This document shows positions 1-14,940 of a stretch of 64,000 nt of DNA, piece after piece. Made by a program: the position numbers and the translations under genes. Position 1 is the stretch's first letter. Each line of letters opens with the position of its first letter. The notes below the pieces were generated by a model, which was not told the origin of the DNA, did not search any database, and saw only the letters and a list, made by a program, of their open reading frames with translations. Source of the DNA: Kudoa neothunni (lineage: Eukaryota > Animalia > Cnidaria); NCBI GenBank assembly GCA_964304625.1, contig OZ199839.1:5388898-5452897 (forward strand), written 5' to 3'.

Positions 1-437
1 ATAATCTTATAGAAAAATATAAAATGTGTTGTAAACAAAGACAGATTCCCTTTATGTTCTAGTCAATTAAAATAATTAACTACGCTAAAAAAGCTACCAT
101 TGTATAATTCCAATATATTATACTTTGGTTTTTGCTTTTATTCAGATAAATAAATTGAATAACAAAAACTCTGAAAAAGTATTAACATCTTAACATAATA
201 AAGTGAAATTTACTTTTTATTCTGTAAAAACACTCAAAATATACAGCAAAAAACTAGTTTCTTACAGATTTTGTTTTTTATATACTGTATACATATTTCT
301 ACCCTCTTAGTTGTAGTTTCGCTAATTTAGATGGTCATTTTGGTGTTTGGTTTCCCGGGGGGAATAATTTAGAGTTACATAGCATAATTTGTATGAAGGC
401 AAAAAATAATGAATAATGAATGATAATTGTTTATTAA

Positions 438-2100
438 CCCTTTCGTGTCGAAATTTTTAATTAGAGCTATAAAACTTATATTTAATAAAGATTTCTTTTT
501 TTATTTCACATAAAAAATGTTGAATCCGAATTAAATGTTTAAATATTATTTTTTAACATTTTTCATCGTGGTCACCTGAATGACCGACCATTGGGCATTC
601 GCGCGAAAAAAAATTTCCACCGAATCCGGTCCGAATTTTAAAAATACAACACGGTATTCCACATTTAATGCAGATGAATTGCGTCCTTTTTTACGCAATC
701 TACATCTTCCTTTTGTATCCACTACTTCAGGATAGTGGCTGACATTATCAAAGCTTATAGACACTGACAGGGGATTCGATTGTTTTCATGCAAATGCTCA
801 ACAGCTACAACTTTAGAATCATCCGATGAAGGCTGCCCACGCTTTCTACCATATTGGATTTTTTGAAGTGAATCAAACTTTCACTAATAGACTGAGTAAA
901 TGACAAGAGATCCATTATTTTGTTGTTGTCACCATTGACCTTTGTATTTTGTCTAGATAATATCCAAGCATTGATTATGGCGGTATTGAGCCCCAAAATA
1001 ATATTCGCATACAAAACTTTCGGCATTTTTGGTTTAACTTGTACAGAGCCATCAACATGTCCAAAAAGTCAATTCCACCCATGTTTTTATTATATTCTGA
1101 AACCACGTTGGGGTAGTCAATATTTGCAGTCTTTTAGCCCTTCTATCGAATCTTTTAATTACGCCAAGGGGTTGGGATGAAGAATGAGTAGAAGAAAGCA
1201 TAACAACAGAACCATCACACCATTAAGTTAATACTATTCCATTTTTGGTATTCTGAAAGTTTTCGTGAGAACCGCGACCTTTCTTGCTGAATTGTTTTAC
1301 CGGGGTTAGTGGACAAACTTTAATTCTGTCCCTTCTTATGGTTCCAACAGAGTAGATGTTTCGGTTCTTTAACATTTGCTGCAGTGGAATACATGTGAAA
1401 TAATTATCCAAATACAAAATGAAGGTTCTTGAAGTTGGTAAAGTTTCGCACAATTTTACTACAAAATCACCCGGAGTTTGACCGTAAGTTGGTGGAACTG
1501 CTGGTAGTTTTCCCTCATACAAGACAAAATCATAGACTAAGCCACTAATGCCACACGGAGAAAACGCTTTAAACCCCCATTTGGTTGGTTTAATAGGAAG
1601 GTACCGTTTGGCTTTGCATCTTCCTTTGAAGGAATCATTTGCTCATCGATTGAATTGCGGATTCCTGGTTTTATCTTTAAAAACGCAGACCGTAAATGCT
1701 CTAAAAAAGGTCGTATTTTAGAAAGACGACCATAATTTTCTAAGTTTTGATCTTTAATGATATCTTAATTATTGGTGACACGAATGAATTTTTAAATTTT
1801 ATCAAATCGATTTCTATAGAAAACTTTTTGATACATGTGGAAAATCTAATGATGTGCTCCAATGGCAGCAATAACGACATATTCTAACAATAACCATCAA
1901 AATGAGGACCACTAGATACTTTTGGATTTCTTCAACATCTGTAACAAAATTTATTCCACATTGAGTTGCATAAATGTTTGTATCATCTTTTAATTGGCAA
2001 TATTCTTCCATTTCATCATCAGAAACCGTGTCAGGTTCCGACAGATCAGTATCTGGAAGAATAACTACTTCTGATATTGATTCACTATTCTTTAGTTTAT
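438..2100 (-). mobile_element. piggyBac transposon remnant (PGBD2/3-like transposase pseudogene)
   Basis: TTAA-CCCTTTC terminus at 434-444; fragmented ORFs with YLDNYFT...GTIRRDR, IDEQM, INAWIL and a C-terminal RC motif; many frameshifts. Confidence 0.85.
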
Positions 2101-2160
2101 TATAATTAGTTTAGTGATCCAACTTTGTTCAAACTTGGCGCTAAAAATTTTTGGCGCATG

Positions 2161-3220
2161 TGCTCAAAGGCTGTCCTGATGACCATGTATTATTTTCATC
2201 ATTATTCTCTAAAGTTGCATAAACTAATGCTAATCTTTAATACAGTATGCAACCGATATTACGCACTTTCATCGATACGACGTATTCAGAGTTAATATTG
2301 GGTGAAACGTTTTATAATATTTGTGTGATTGTAAAAAACTAAAAGTCTTAAAAATATTTTTTAATTAAACTAGGAAATTTCAAATCTGTTATATCACGTG
2401 ACCAACCGATATACACACTTCTCGGCCGAACCATATAGATTAAATTGCTTTTATTGGAAACGAGGGTAAAACTTTAATTCTTACGGCAGAATTTTTGAAC
2501 GAATAGAAAATTGTTTTGAGATATATATTAAAAAGCGCTCATTTCCGTGTAAATGAAAATAGAATAAATTTTATTCTTAGACAGTGTTAGTAGTTGATTA
2601 AAGAATGTTTTAGATGCGCATAAATAAATACTTTAGGGTAAAAATATAAAAAAATTTCGTATTGCGTTAAAAAATGAATAAGAAATTTTATTTATAATTT
2701 TTCAGAACGAACTATTCACTAAATGTTATTCCTACGTAAATGATACAAATATTTTATAAATAAATCTGATTAAAACAAAAAGTCGAATTATTTGTCGGTC
2801 AAATAATCTTAATAATGTTTTTTTGTTATTCTAATTAAATAAAAGATGTAATACCCATTCTGAAAAATAAAGAAAAAAATAATAATAACCGCTCACGCAT
2901 TTATATTGCGTATTATCGGTTGCCTACTGTAAAAGTATTATTTATGTTGTTATCAACAATTCAAAATTTTGGTGTTATATTTTAGAGAAAAAGTATTAAT
3001 TAATTAATGAAACCATATAATGACTTTTTGGAACCAAAACGTTTAAAATTTGCTGCTATAAAATTTTTTACAAAAGTTTCTTAAAAATTCCTATAATTAG
3101 CATTGAAAAAAGATTAAATGCTTTGAAAAAAAATAATTTTATTCCCCCATATACCAAAACTAAACTTTCATATAGAGAATATACATGTGATCACTAGGAT
3201 AGCCTTTGAGCATGAAAGGA
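2161..3220. mobile_element. Non-autonomous piggyBac-type element (or 5' end of the preceding piggyBac) bounded by inverted repeats
   Basis: tgctcaaaggctgtcctgatgaccatgtat at 2161 is an imperfect inverted copy of 3181-3212; right end ...catgaaagga followed by TTAA. Confidence 0.5.
2243..2929. mobile_element. Tc1/pogo-type MITE
   Basis: 23-bp TIRs (cagtatgcaaccgatattacgca / tgcgtattatcggttgcctactg, 2 mismatches), TA on both flanks, no ORF. Confidence 0.75.
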
Positions 3221-6200
3221 TTAAACAAAGAAAATTAAAATTAATATTCTTTAATCATTCGCTTAATCAATTAAATAGGTAAATTTCCACGTTCAATTTA
3301 TTTGTTTAAATGAAAAATTAATAAATACTATATTATATTATTTTAAATTTTATTATTTATTGAATAAACCCCAATATAATTATTTTATAATTTCCAAAAC
3401 TCACATAAATTTTGATAATATTATGCAAGTATTAACGGCGCAATATACAAAGTATAAATTAAATTAAAGGATATTTTCTTGCTCAAAATAATGAGAATGC
3501 GCAATAATCAAGTTTTATTATACAGAATGAAATTATTAATTTTTTTTCTGTATTACATGGAATTATAAATACGATTGATTTTAATTATTGTAATTTTAAG
3601 AATATAATATGTTTATCTGGTATTAGTTTTAGCTCACTACGCAATATCCAGAGACGACTGTATATTGGTATAATCACCTAAGTCGATATATGATAAAGAT
3701 CTTGCAATTAAAAATAAGAAATTAAAAAATCATTTACGATAATAAATTTAAATTTATTAAAAGTGAATTACTTAACAAATTAAATTGAAGTAACCAGGCT
3801 TAATTGCACAAAAATATTCACAACATCTACTTTATAGATTTAGAAATAAATCTAATATTATTTTGATGTCTTTCATATAAACAATAAATATTTTATATTA
3901 TCACACACGAATTTTATTCTGCATATATCATTATCCTTCACTCCAATTTAAAAATTGAGAAATAATATAAAACTCGGCTTTGTGACTACTAACGCAAATT
4001 GAAAATTATTTTAACGTTAAAAAATTATAATAATGCATTCAAAGATATGTTGTTCTAACGTTAATTTCGTATATGTATTGTGTATTGTGATATTGATATA
4101 AAAAATTCCAATTTTATCATAAATATGCCACAATATTAAAAAAATCGATTCAAATTTGAAGAAATGAGAAAAAATATTTTTTGACATATTTTAATAATTT
4201 AGATACCATTAAATGAGATATGTAATATTTGTCGGAAATATCACAGATTGCTAAGCTCGAAATAAATAACTTGATATTGATGTTATTCTATGAATATTTT
4301 CAATCAAGAATAACGATATTTTAGACATATTTATTTTGATATTATCACCTGGATTAAATATAATAAAGCGTATCACGTCATGCTAGTTAAAATCTATGTT
4401 TTGTTGCGTAACACCTAATTGAGAAGGAGATAAGTTGCAAAGAAATTGACGTTTAAATTATTGATATAGTAACTATACAGAATGTTTGTCACAATGTTGA
4501 GGTTAACGACGTTAATACAAATATGGAAAATGTAACCAAGAAGGGAAAGCTCTCATTAAAAAGTAACAGGAGCTATAATAACATCTAGAATCATTTAAGT
4601 AAACAAAGATCACGGTGTATTGTTTTAATCACAACAATCCAAAATATATTTTCGAGGCAATACGAAAATAAGACGATAAATATTTTCGCTAATTTCCACA
4701 GATTCAAAATACTACAAAAATTGTTGCCTTCGTCCATCAAGAGCAAATAACAAACGTGAATGCAGTAAATAACCAACAGTAGATCACTAACTAAAACTAA
4801 AAAAGTTCCCTCCCGCCGAGTAAATGCCGCCTTCTTAATAGCCTATCAAAAAATTAACATCGCCGCCGATAATTATCACAAAAATTAGTTTGGGCGATAT
4901 AATGTTTATTTGCAATGTAAGCGTAAGCAGACAGGATTTTGTTAATGTTGTCAGGATTGACAATGATGTATGTAACACTATGGAAGATACATTTAAAATG
5001 TTGGATGATTCCATAAAAAACAAAGCATCACGCATATAATACTAAAATAAAAATTTTTAAATAATTTAGTGTATTTTTATATAAAGGCGCGCGCCTCTTA
5101 TGATAACGAGACTATTCTCTCTAGTGCGATATATTGTTGATTTTCCAATTTACTTAGCAACACCAATGGAAGATCATTCTATTGATTAGATAACAAAGGA
5201 AAATATATCATTCTGTATATAAAGTATATTGAACATTGGATTTATTACCGAGTAGAATTCAGAAAATATAGTTATAATTAATATTTTTCAAGATATGCGT
5301 AACTTTGGTTAAATATTTGGTATAAAATTGGTATTACAAGTAAATTAGTGGTTTCTTCAAATGGTCGGTCGAACCTTATCAATTGTCACCGAGACATTCC
5401 GAGATATTGGCGCTGTGTGCATGTTTTGTTCTATGTATTAAAAATCCGTATTTTGACATGTAAAGCGCTATGACAGAAATATTTTCTACACAATCCAACC
5501 AGTCTTGGCAAAAGTATTTAATATTATGATACATTTACTCGGAAATAGTTATCGGATACAGTCGGTTACACATTTACGCATCGTGCATTAATGGGCGTCC
5601 AGTCGTCGGATGGAAACAATAAATTGGAATCAGAAAGGACTCACTCTCTCCAAGTATTTATTTACAGCCTAATTTTCTTTCCAATTATATGCCGCTTTAT
5701 TATTAACAGTAATTTCAACACATATCGCTTATAATGTTACGTATAATATAAAATTAAATTAATCTGTAGCAGTAGTTAATGTAGATTTTTATTTATTTTA
5801 ACAAGGAGTACTTATTAGCATAATAAGATTGTATAGTATTTCACGATTAAAATCGTGAGTCGTTCGCATCAAATCGTAAGTTAACTGCACGCGCTTGGTT
5901 GTCGTTGGCATCAAGTTCCGAGATTTGCAAAAAGTATTTGAATCTTGGGTAGTGGGGGAGTGTGCAGCTCCCATTTATCACCCTCCTGCGCATGTCCGAC
6001 AATCCCGATTTTATTTTAAATCAATTATTCATTATTTTAAACTTTTGGCCAAACAACAATTAGCTCCATAATTAACTTCTAAAAATTTTGTTAAAATTCA
6101 CGTTCGGCTTCAATCGGTTCGTGTGCACGTGAATGCGCAAGATAGTTTGGATCTCTTTTCCATATGAATTTAACATATTAGCCATGATTAAGCGTGGTTT

Positions 6201-6710
6201 TACCCTCTTTTAAATTTAATATGAATGGTTGGAATGTCGCGAAAAGTAAAAATAGCTGTTAACAACTGCACGAAATAACTAAAATGTATTAATTTCGTCT
6301 GCCAAAGTTTTCTAGCTTTCTGCTTTTGTAAAGTCGTTTATTATAAATTTTTTTAGTTTATATATTATTTTCAATATTCAAAACCAATTTTTAAATACGC
6401 TAATCCACAAATATATCACGTGTATTATTAATATTCTTTCAAAAACATATTAACTAAGAATTAATTCAAATAAACTTTTAATATTGTAGATAAAATCTAC
6501 AGGTTTGCTGTTTTGTACGGGTTTTTTAAATTTTTGATAAAGTGGTTGGGAACTTGTAAGATGATTTTAAAAAAAACTCTTTTACAATATTTTATTCGAT
6601 ACAATTTATTACTGAGATATTTTTCATAAGTCATATGGTAGAAATGTATGTTTTTTATTTTATCATTTGAATTCTATATGGAAGTTAAATTTTGTGATTT
6701 CATTTATCGT

Positions 6711-6877
6711 TGTTGGGGCTGACAGTTAGTCTTCGGCGTCAAAGATATAATGACACACATTATCTTGGTCGGTACCTATGTGTATTAATATACAGTTGGC
6801 GCTAACTATATAAACACCCTTATATTAGCCTCTATATTATTATTGTTATATTTGAACGATAGTCCCTTGCTCTAACA
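6711..6877 (+). mobile_element. Solo LTR (167 bp), same family as the LTR at 41599-41765
   Basis: TGTTGGGGCT...CTAACA termini; alignable to 41599-41765 (tatcttggtcgg, atacagtt.gcgctaactatataaac); no clear TSD. Confidence 0.75.
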
Positions 6878-6899
6878 TTCTTACAGTTATATTTCATTG

Positions 6900-9800
6900 A
6901 GATTACATTATGCAAGCGCAAACTCGATCTAGAATCTTCCTTGAACTAAACCAGATATAATCTTTTCTATTCAGCAAGTACTCCATACACATAATAATTA
7001 TGTCAAAAGTTTCAAATTTACTTTGGAGATTCAGCCATCCTACTTTGGACTTTTCGATATGTATGATGCCGATAAGCGTCCTGACAGAGAGCATCAAAGA
7101 AGATTTAACGCGCAGGAATGTAACGAAACCGTTGTGATTTTATCTGATCAACAGCATAGAAATAGAGATATTGTCGTAAGGTGCAGAGACGATATGTTGC
7201 AACGTATAAGTGAGACCCATCGTTCCTACGATGTGTTACAATACCCACTTATTCATACTAACGGAGAAGACGGCTATCATTTTGGAATACCTCAAACTGT
7301 ATCATGCAAGGACTTTTACAGTTATCAATTTATGGTGAGGGACAATTGTTATAATATTTACAACGTTGTCGTGGATTGTTCCGACAATACGTTGTTGATA
7401 TGTTCACAAAAATGGAGATGGAACGATTCTATTTATTCGCACCCATCAAAAAGAAGTGCGTGCCGATTTGTATGTACATTTGAGTGAGAATTAATAATGA
7501 TGGTAATAACGGAAGGCTTGGCGAGTTGTGTATATTATCTTCAGTTATACTGGATCATCGAGATACATGCACAAGAAAACTCAAGATGTTGTGACCTACG
7601 TGAGATGTTTTGGAAGCCCTGATCTTTTCATAACATTTACATGTGTTAGGGCTTCCAAATGGTTCTAGTTTAACATAGAATACACTGAAAGCTTCTATAA
7701 CAACCTATCATCGGCCTAGATGTTTTTAGAACATTCTGGATCCTAAATTCCATTATATAAACAGCTTTATAAATATACATATAGTGATATTAATAACAAT
7801 GGTGTCTTGTCTTAACAACGTGTAATCCACTTTGGTCTGAGATTACCGAAAATTTATTCGCTGGTCAAACGGCGAAAGACCAACATGATATCACGTCGAG
7901 AGTTTTTCAGTTAAATATCAAAACTTTCATTAAATTAATAACTAAATTGAAAATATTTGGAGAAATTCGATGCTATACGTATATTGTAGAATAGCAAAAA
8001 AGAGGCTTGCCACATGCACATCTTTTGTTATGGCTCAAATAAACGTTACATCCAAATGATCTTGATCGGTTTATATCTGCGGAATTGCCTGATCCAACTG
8101 TTGATCCTGAATTGTTCATAATCGTGAAAAAGCAGATAATTCATGGACCATGTGGTGTGCTTAATCCTAGAAGTCCTTGCATGAATGATGGGAAATGTAC
8201 AAAAAAATATCCGAGGAAATTTGTCCATCAAACTCAAACGGATCAAGATGGTTATCCTTTGTACCGAAGGAGGAAACCTGAAGATGGTGATCTTGAATCA
8301 ATGTTAAAAATGAAAAACGGACGTGATGTAATAATTGACAACAGATGGGCGGTACCATATTGCCCATTTTTCTCGAAAATTTTTAACGCACATACCGTCG
8401 AATTTTGTGCTTCGGTCAAGTCGATAAAATATGTATGTAAATACGTCAACAAGGGATCAGATGCAGCGATGTATTCGTTGAACCCGCATCATAATGACGA
8501 GGTTGCACAGTATCGGGTGGGACGATAAATTAATAGCAGCGAGAAGTTTTGGTGAATCTTTGGATTTGATATCCATGGCCGTTATTCTGCTATTCAACAT
8601 CTTAGTGTTCATTTGGAAAATGGTCAGAGGATATATTTTACGGACGAATCTCTACCCAATCAATTACAGCATCCAAAGGATACCACTTGATTAGGATTCT
8701 TTAAATTATGCCAAGAGGATTCATTTGCACAAACGCTACTGTAAAATGAACTTCCATCGTATTATAGTTGGAAAAATAATACGTGTAGAAGAAAGTGAGG
8801 TATACCAGTTGATGGTTGGCCTGATTTGAAATTCGATAACACTTTGGGGAGAGCATATACGATTCACCCTAATCGACGAGAATGTTTCTACTTAAGAATG
8901 CTTCTACATGAAGTTAGAGGTCCTGAAAGTTTTAATGGCCTTCGAACTGTTGATGATATTGTTTTCTCAACATACAGAGAGGCAGGTATGAAACGTGGAA
9001 TGTTAGAGGATGATAATCAATGGGAAAATACATTGATGGAAATTGTGATTACCAGTACACCATCCCAATTGCGTCGTCTCTTTGCATTGTTAATTAAAAT
9101 ATGTGAATTGAGTAGTCCAAATTCTCTGTGACCAAAATTTAGAAACCACCATTCAGAGGATTATAGACATCAGTTACAGCTCCAAAATCCAAATGTGAAC
9201 GTTGAGTTTAATTCTACGATATTTAATATAACACTTATCCACAATGAAGATGTTTTAATTTTAATCGGTGGTGATGCGCTTGAAAAATATGGATTCACCC
9301 AATTGATCGCAGCCTTAGTAGCTATGTCCCGACTGAAGTTTAAAGGGAGTTATGCTACAACGTTGATGAGTTGGCACAAGTTGTATCAATAAATAAACCC
9401 AAGTTAATGTCTGTTCAATTACATGCGTTCAACATAATCATTGAGAGTATCAAAGCCGATACTGTTGAAGGAAACAAGTTCTTAGACGCCCCAGGTGGAA
9501 CAGGTAAAACATTTGTTATAAATTTAATAGCGGCTCAACTAAGGATGCAATCCAAAATAGTACTCGCGGTTGCTTCGTTTGGAATAGCTGCAACATTACT
9601 TCTTGGTAATAAGACAGACCGTAGTGCTTTAAAATTGCCTCTCAGGTTATCCGACGACGGCACTACAACTTTCTGAATATGTAAGGGAACAGGTTTGGCG
9701 GATTTGTTGAAAAAATGCAGCGCAATTTTTTGGGATAAATGCACAATGGCTAACAAGATTGCTCTTGAAGCCCTGGCTCGAACTTTCCGTTATATAACCG

Positions 9801-11431
9801 AATCCAATATTCCATTTGATGAAATAACTCTATTGTTATCTAGAGATTTTCGGCAAAAATTACCCGTGATTCCGAGGGGCACCAGGGAGATCAAATAAAA
9901 TTTTGTATCAAATCTTATGGCCCAAAATGAATATCTTAAAGCTGACCACTAATATGAGAGTTTTTTGAATAATGACGACAAGACAAGGCTGGTGAATTTT
10001 CAAACATGATGTTGGAAATGGAAAAATACAAACCGATTCTTGTGGGAATATACCATTGTTGTCTGCGGCGAATTTGATGAACAACTCGGATAATTTAAGA
10101 GAAAACGTGTTCCCAAATGTGACAGAACATTATTCGATGCCGGAATAGTTATGCGAAAGAGGAATTCTTGATCCAACCAATAAAATCGTAGATGCTATTA
10201 ACTTTCAAATGATAGACCTTTTGCCAGGAGAGGGAACTACTTATAAATCCTTTGATACAATCATGGATACAAACGAAAGTGTCAATTATCCTGTTGAATT
10301 TTTGAATAGTTTGGAAATGTCCGGCATGCCATCCCATAAATTGGTTTTAAAGATTGGTGCACCTATAATGCTCCTTCGAAATCTCGATTCTCCACGTCTT
10401 TGTAATGGGACTTGATCGGTTGTTCGACGATTAATGTCATACTTGATCGAGGCAACTATAATGACTGGATGTGCCAAAGGGGAAACTGTATTCATTCATA
10501 GAATACCACTTATGCCATCGGACAGTGTTATCACCTTTAGGCATTTACAATTCCCCTTAAAATTATGTTTTTCTATGACCATTAACAAAGCACAAGGTCA
10601 AACATTGAAAGTGACCGGATTGCATTTAGAAGATCCTTGCTTTTCTCATGGCCAACTTTACGTGGGCGTTTCTAGAGTTGGTTCAAGACGAAATTTGTTC
10701 GTATTAACTCCGAACGGGATTACAAAAAATATTGTCTACTTTGAGGTGTGAGGAAAAATAGAATTTGTCAAATTCAATTCTACGAAAGTCGCCAACAATT
10801 CTCTCTCCTTTGAGGCTAATGAACTTTACCCTATGAAAATATCAAATGAAAGATGCCGTAAGAATACAACCAAGGAAGTTCGCTCATGAAGATCGCCATA
10901 AGATATCCAATGATGACTCACGCACCATAACCTTTGAAGATCCCTATTTCTGTGATGAACATCTATAATCCCTTTAAAATGCTCGTATATTAAAGTTTAA
11001 ATTATCCTTGTCAACCCGGTTATTAACAGAAGAAACTCAATAACCACCTTAAAATTAGCCTGTCCTCAAAAATCCTACCTTCCCTTGTTAATTTTCTAAA
11101 AAACAACTGTCAAAAACGTTAGTTAATGGTTTTGACATTTTAAAAATTTATGCGTTTTTTAGTATTACAGATTTGGCTCTCTTGATTTACACCAAATCAC
11201 AAATTCCTTCGTTGCAAAATTCAAAAATTTCATATAACAAATATTTTTTTTTCCAAAACAAATTTGGATATAACTTGATTTTTTAATGTCAAAAGAAAAC
11301 AAGAGTCCTTTAGAATAACTCATCAAAATAAATAAAATAGTTTTTTAATTTTCTATCGTGATAATTTATTTGCAGGCATTTTAATAAACTTTTCTTACAA
11401 CAACCTGATAAACGCCGGGTTTTAGCGCTAG
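6900..11431 (+). mobile_element. Helitron remnant (Rep/HUH + Pif1 helicase pseudogene)
   Basis: YDVLQYPL, PDLFITFTCNP, KRGLPHAH, HGPCG, IKYVCKYVNKG, DAPGGTGKTF, QFPLKLCFSMTINKAQGQT, FSHGQLYV; degenerate hairpin plus CTAG|T 3' end at 11428-11432; 5' end not located. Confidence 0.92.
7644..7817 (+). mobile_element. Solo LTR of the Gypsy family at 17628-27214
   Basis: Near-identical to 17628-17800; 5-bp TSD acatg/acgtg; interrupts the Helitron FITFTCNP codons. Confidence 0.92.
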
Positions 11432-11863
11432 TATATTTTTAAAATGAATAAACACTACTGAACGTTTAAAATTTCCTATTTAGACCTAAGAAATCGATTT
11501 CTCCTTGATGTTCACAGTAATCTCTAAATCATACTATGTGAATATTACTGATCTTATAAGCATCAACAATTGAATTTCATATTAATGTTGTGTTACATAA
11601 CCTAATTATCCTTGGTAGTGGCTATTGACACGGAAGTCAATTCCTCCGATATTAAAAACGTTTATAAAAAATTGATATCAAAAATCTAATGTTTAATTCT
11701 TTAACTCTTCAAACTAAAAAAATTGGCTCCAACTGATGGTATTAAATTTTCACGTAGTTGTACTGATACCATGTGCCGATAATTTCAATATTTTAAACAA
11801 AAAATTGTTTTTTCATATTTAGAACGTAATTTGAATGTTTTATGTCATTTTCTGTTATTACTG

Positions 11864-14800
11864 TGTTATGTCTAAAAAGCCTGACGTAAGATGCGCTATA
11901 AAGAGACCAACGCTAACTGACAAATAATCGAGCACGCGCGTTGTTCCTTAATATTATATAGTTTTCGGATATATCTCTAATCCTGATATTGTAAGGGATA
12001 TGCGTCCAATACCTAATACCTCTCTTTTTTACGATGAAACGATTTTGTTGCAAATAGTGCATTCATTGTTTTTAATTTGGATTCTGGGAGATCGTCGTGA
12101 AGGGATGGATCAAGGAACTCTGATGATTGGGCTTCATTAGACGCGCAGCTTGGATCAGTGGCCGTGGAGAGGTTAGATTGCATCTGGAAATTGACCGTAG
12201 TAGGTGGCTCTATCGTTAATGTCGACTCGTCGATCGATTCTTCGTAATGATATGATTCATAAACCTTGTCTAAGTTATTAGTGTTACAATTTTGGGAGTT
12301 ATTTGAATTATGTTTGTATCTTTTGCGTAATTTCTGTGCGTGTCTTCTGACGAGCTTGTTACCTTCTAATAGTTTAACTTCGAATAACTGATTTCCTATT
12401 GGCTTGACTATTAAACCGGGAATCCATTTTGTTTGATTATTGTTGTTTGTATATTTTAATGTATAACATCGATTCCAGCTTTAAGTGATTCCACATTCAT
12501 TCTCTCGTATGGTTGATTAATTTTTGAATAATCTTGATGTTTGCTTTGAAGCATTAACTGTTGGTTTGGAAATAATGCGTCGATTTAGGTTCGAATTTGT
12601 CTACCGTTTAATAATTGACTAGGCGAGAGTCCACAAGAGAATGATGTTCTTCGGTACAGCTTGAGGAATCCTTGTATTGCTTGTTTAGTGTTCAAGGTTG
12701 ATTTTCTTAGAGATTGTTTGAACTAGTTCCGCAGATCCATTAGAAGCTGTGTAATAAGGAGCTCTGGTTAGATGGACTATTCTCTTTTCCTTTCACCGAT
12801 TTTCAAATTCTGACTTGAATGATGTTGCATTATCGGAAACAATTGTGTGGGTAGCCAAAGTGAGCAAAATCTTCCTCACGAAATTCAATTGTTGACTGTT
12901 GTGATTGTAGAGGTTTGGTGAATACAAGGGTATTTTGAGTAGGCATCGATGACTACTAACCAATTTTGACCTTTGAAGTTTATGGCATGATCGATATGTA
13001 TTCGACTCGATGGTTTCTCTGGAAGTATCCAAGGATGGACTTTAGTCTTAGGTGGTTTTCGTTGGTTTTCAGTGCAGGTGTTGCAGTTTCGGACTAGGTT
13101 TTCGATGTCTTCGTCTATTTTAAACCAATATGTGGCTGTGTGTGCTAGTTCTTTCATTCGGACTAATCCAAAGTGCCCTTAGTGCAGCATTCGTAAGACT
13201 TCGTATTTTATGCTATCAGGATTAGCGACTTCGGAGCCATAAAGTAGACATCCATTCATGACTGATAAACAATATTGAAGTGAGTTCAATTTCTCTAGGT
13301 TTTTGGGTACCGTTGACGACCAGCCTTCGTTTGTATAACGGATTACTTTTGAAATATCTGGGTCTTTATCCGATAGTTTCTTCAAGTTAGTTTTGGGTTT
13401 CCCTTTGATTAATGGAGTTGATTGAGTTGATGATGCAGACCAGCTCTTTATCTTCGCCTTCCTCGTCGGAATCAAATTGAGCGTCGGGGCCAAAAGGGTG
13501 TTTGCTGTGAGCATCAACGTTGTCATGTTGCTTTGTAAATCGGTAGTCGATTTCATAGTCGTATTGCGCAAATGTTTGCGCCCATCTACCTAATCGGTTT
13601 GCTGCTAAAGGTGGAGTGGCTTTATTCGGCCCAAGGATGGGTGAGCAGCGGCGTGTGGTGGTCAGTCATCAAAATAAAGCGTCGTTCATAAAAATATTGG
13701 TAGAACTTGTTTGGGACGAAGATGATTGCAAGAGTCTCTTTTTGGATTTGGGAGTATTTTTTTGCGTAGATAAAGTGTTTTCGAGACGTTAAAAAATCAG
13801 TCTCTCTTCGCCGTTTTTGTAGCGGAAGAGTACGGCGCCAATTCCAATGCCTGAAGCATCGCATGATATTCCCACAACTTCCTTTTGGATCACAGTGTGT
13901 CAAGACTTTATCCGAATTCAGTTCTGCCTTGAGCATATTGAAAGCCTCTTTCTCTTTCTTTGTCAATTTCCATATGTTATCCTTTTGGTTAGTGCATAAA
14001 ATGGTTCGTCAATCGTTGATAGATTCCCAATAAGCTTGCTATAGAATTGTACCGATTCCAGGAACGAGCGTACTTCTGGGATGTTTTGGGGGGTCGCTAT
14101 TTTTAAGATGTGATTCGTGTTTGAACCATATGAAATTCCTTCGGTGGAAATTGTGTTCCCAAATACGAGACTTTTTTGCTGTGCGAAGGCATTTTTCGAG
14201 CTTACGTCTCAAGCCGTTGTCTTCCAATTTTTGCAATAGCCTTTCCAGATTCTTAAGTTGATCGTCGGCATCCACACCATTTACCAATATATCGTCGAGA
14301 TATACCATTACTCCATCAATGTCGACGGTCAGTGGGCATTATTTCCTGGAAGTAGTTTGGAGCAGATTTGATTCCAAAGGGTAATCTTTTCTGGAGTAGT
14401 ACTCCTTTATGTGTGCCCAGGGCCAGCTCGACTTAGTTGTATGCATCAACCAGGTTTATCTTGGAGAAGAAATACTCTCTAAGTTTCTTTATCAGCTCGT
14501 CGGGTAGTGGCAATGGAAATCGCTGACCTTCCAGCTTTTAGTTGATAATGACGCTATAATCACCACAAACGCGGATTTTCGCGAGATTTCTTTTTGATTG
14601 GGACAATGAGAGTGCCATATTCGTCGAATTCGGTTGGTTTCCAAATTCCACTTCGAATACCTCGATGGAAAGCCAAGTCTGCGTCATCTTGTAGGGCGAA
14701 GGAGATCCGTTCGTGGTTTGCAAAAGATGGGTGTAGCATTTTCGTTGGATTTGATATTCAAAGAGACATCATTGAGACAACCTAGTTCCGGTTTCCATAC

Positions 14801-14936
14801 GTTTTTGGATCTTTTGCACAATTCGTTACACTTGTATTCTAGCTGTTGTCTTTCCGTCGTGATGGATTCCAAACTTGGTTTGTCATGTTGATATGTTGGA
14901 GTTTGTCTAATGATATCTTGTTCATTTCCAGCGTCC
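11864..14936 (-). mobile_element. 5'-truncated Ty3/Gypsy (Mag/K02A2.6-like) pol pseudogene with putative 3' LTR 11864-12018
   Basis: IRVCGDY, VYLDDILV, YSQIQKE, TDH, integrase RIHIDHA...VVIDAYSK and IVSDNATSF; purine tract next to the putative LTR. Confidence 0.88.
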
Positions 14937-14940
14937 CTAA

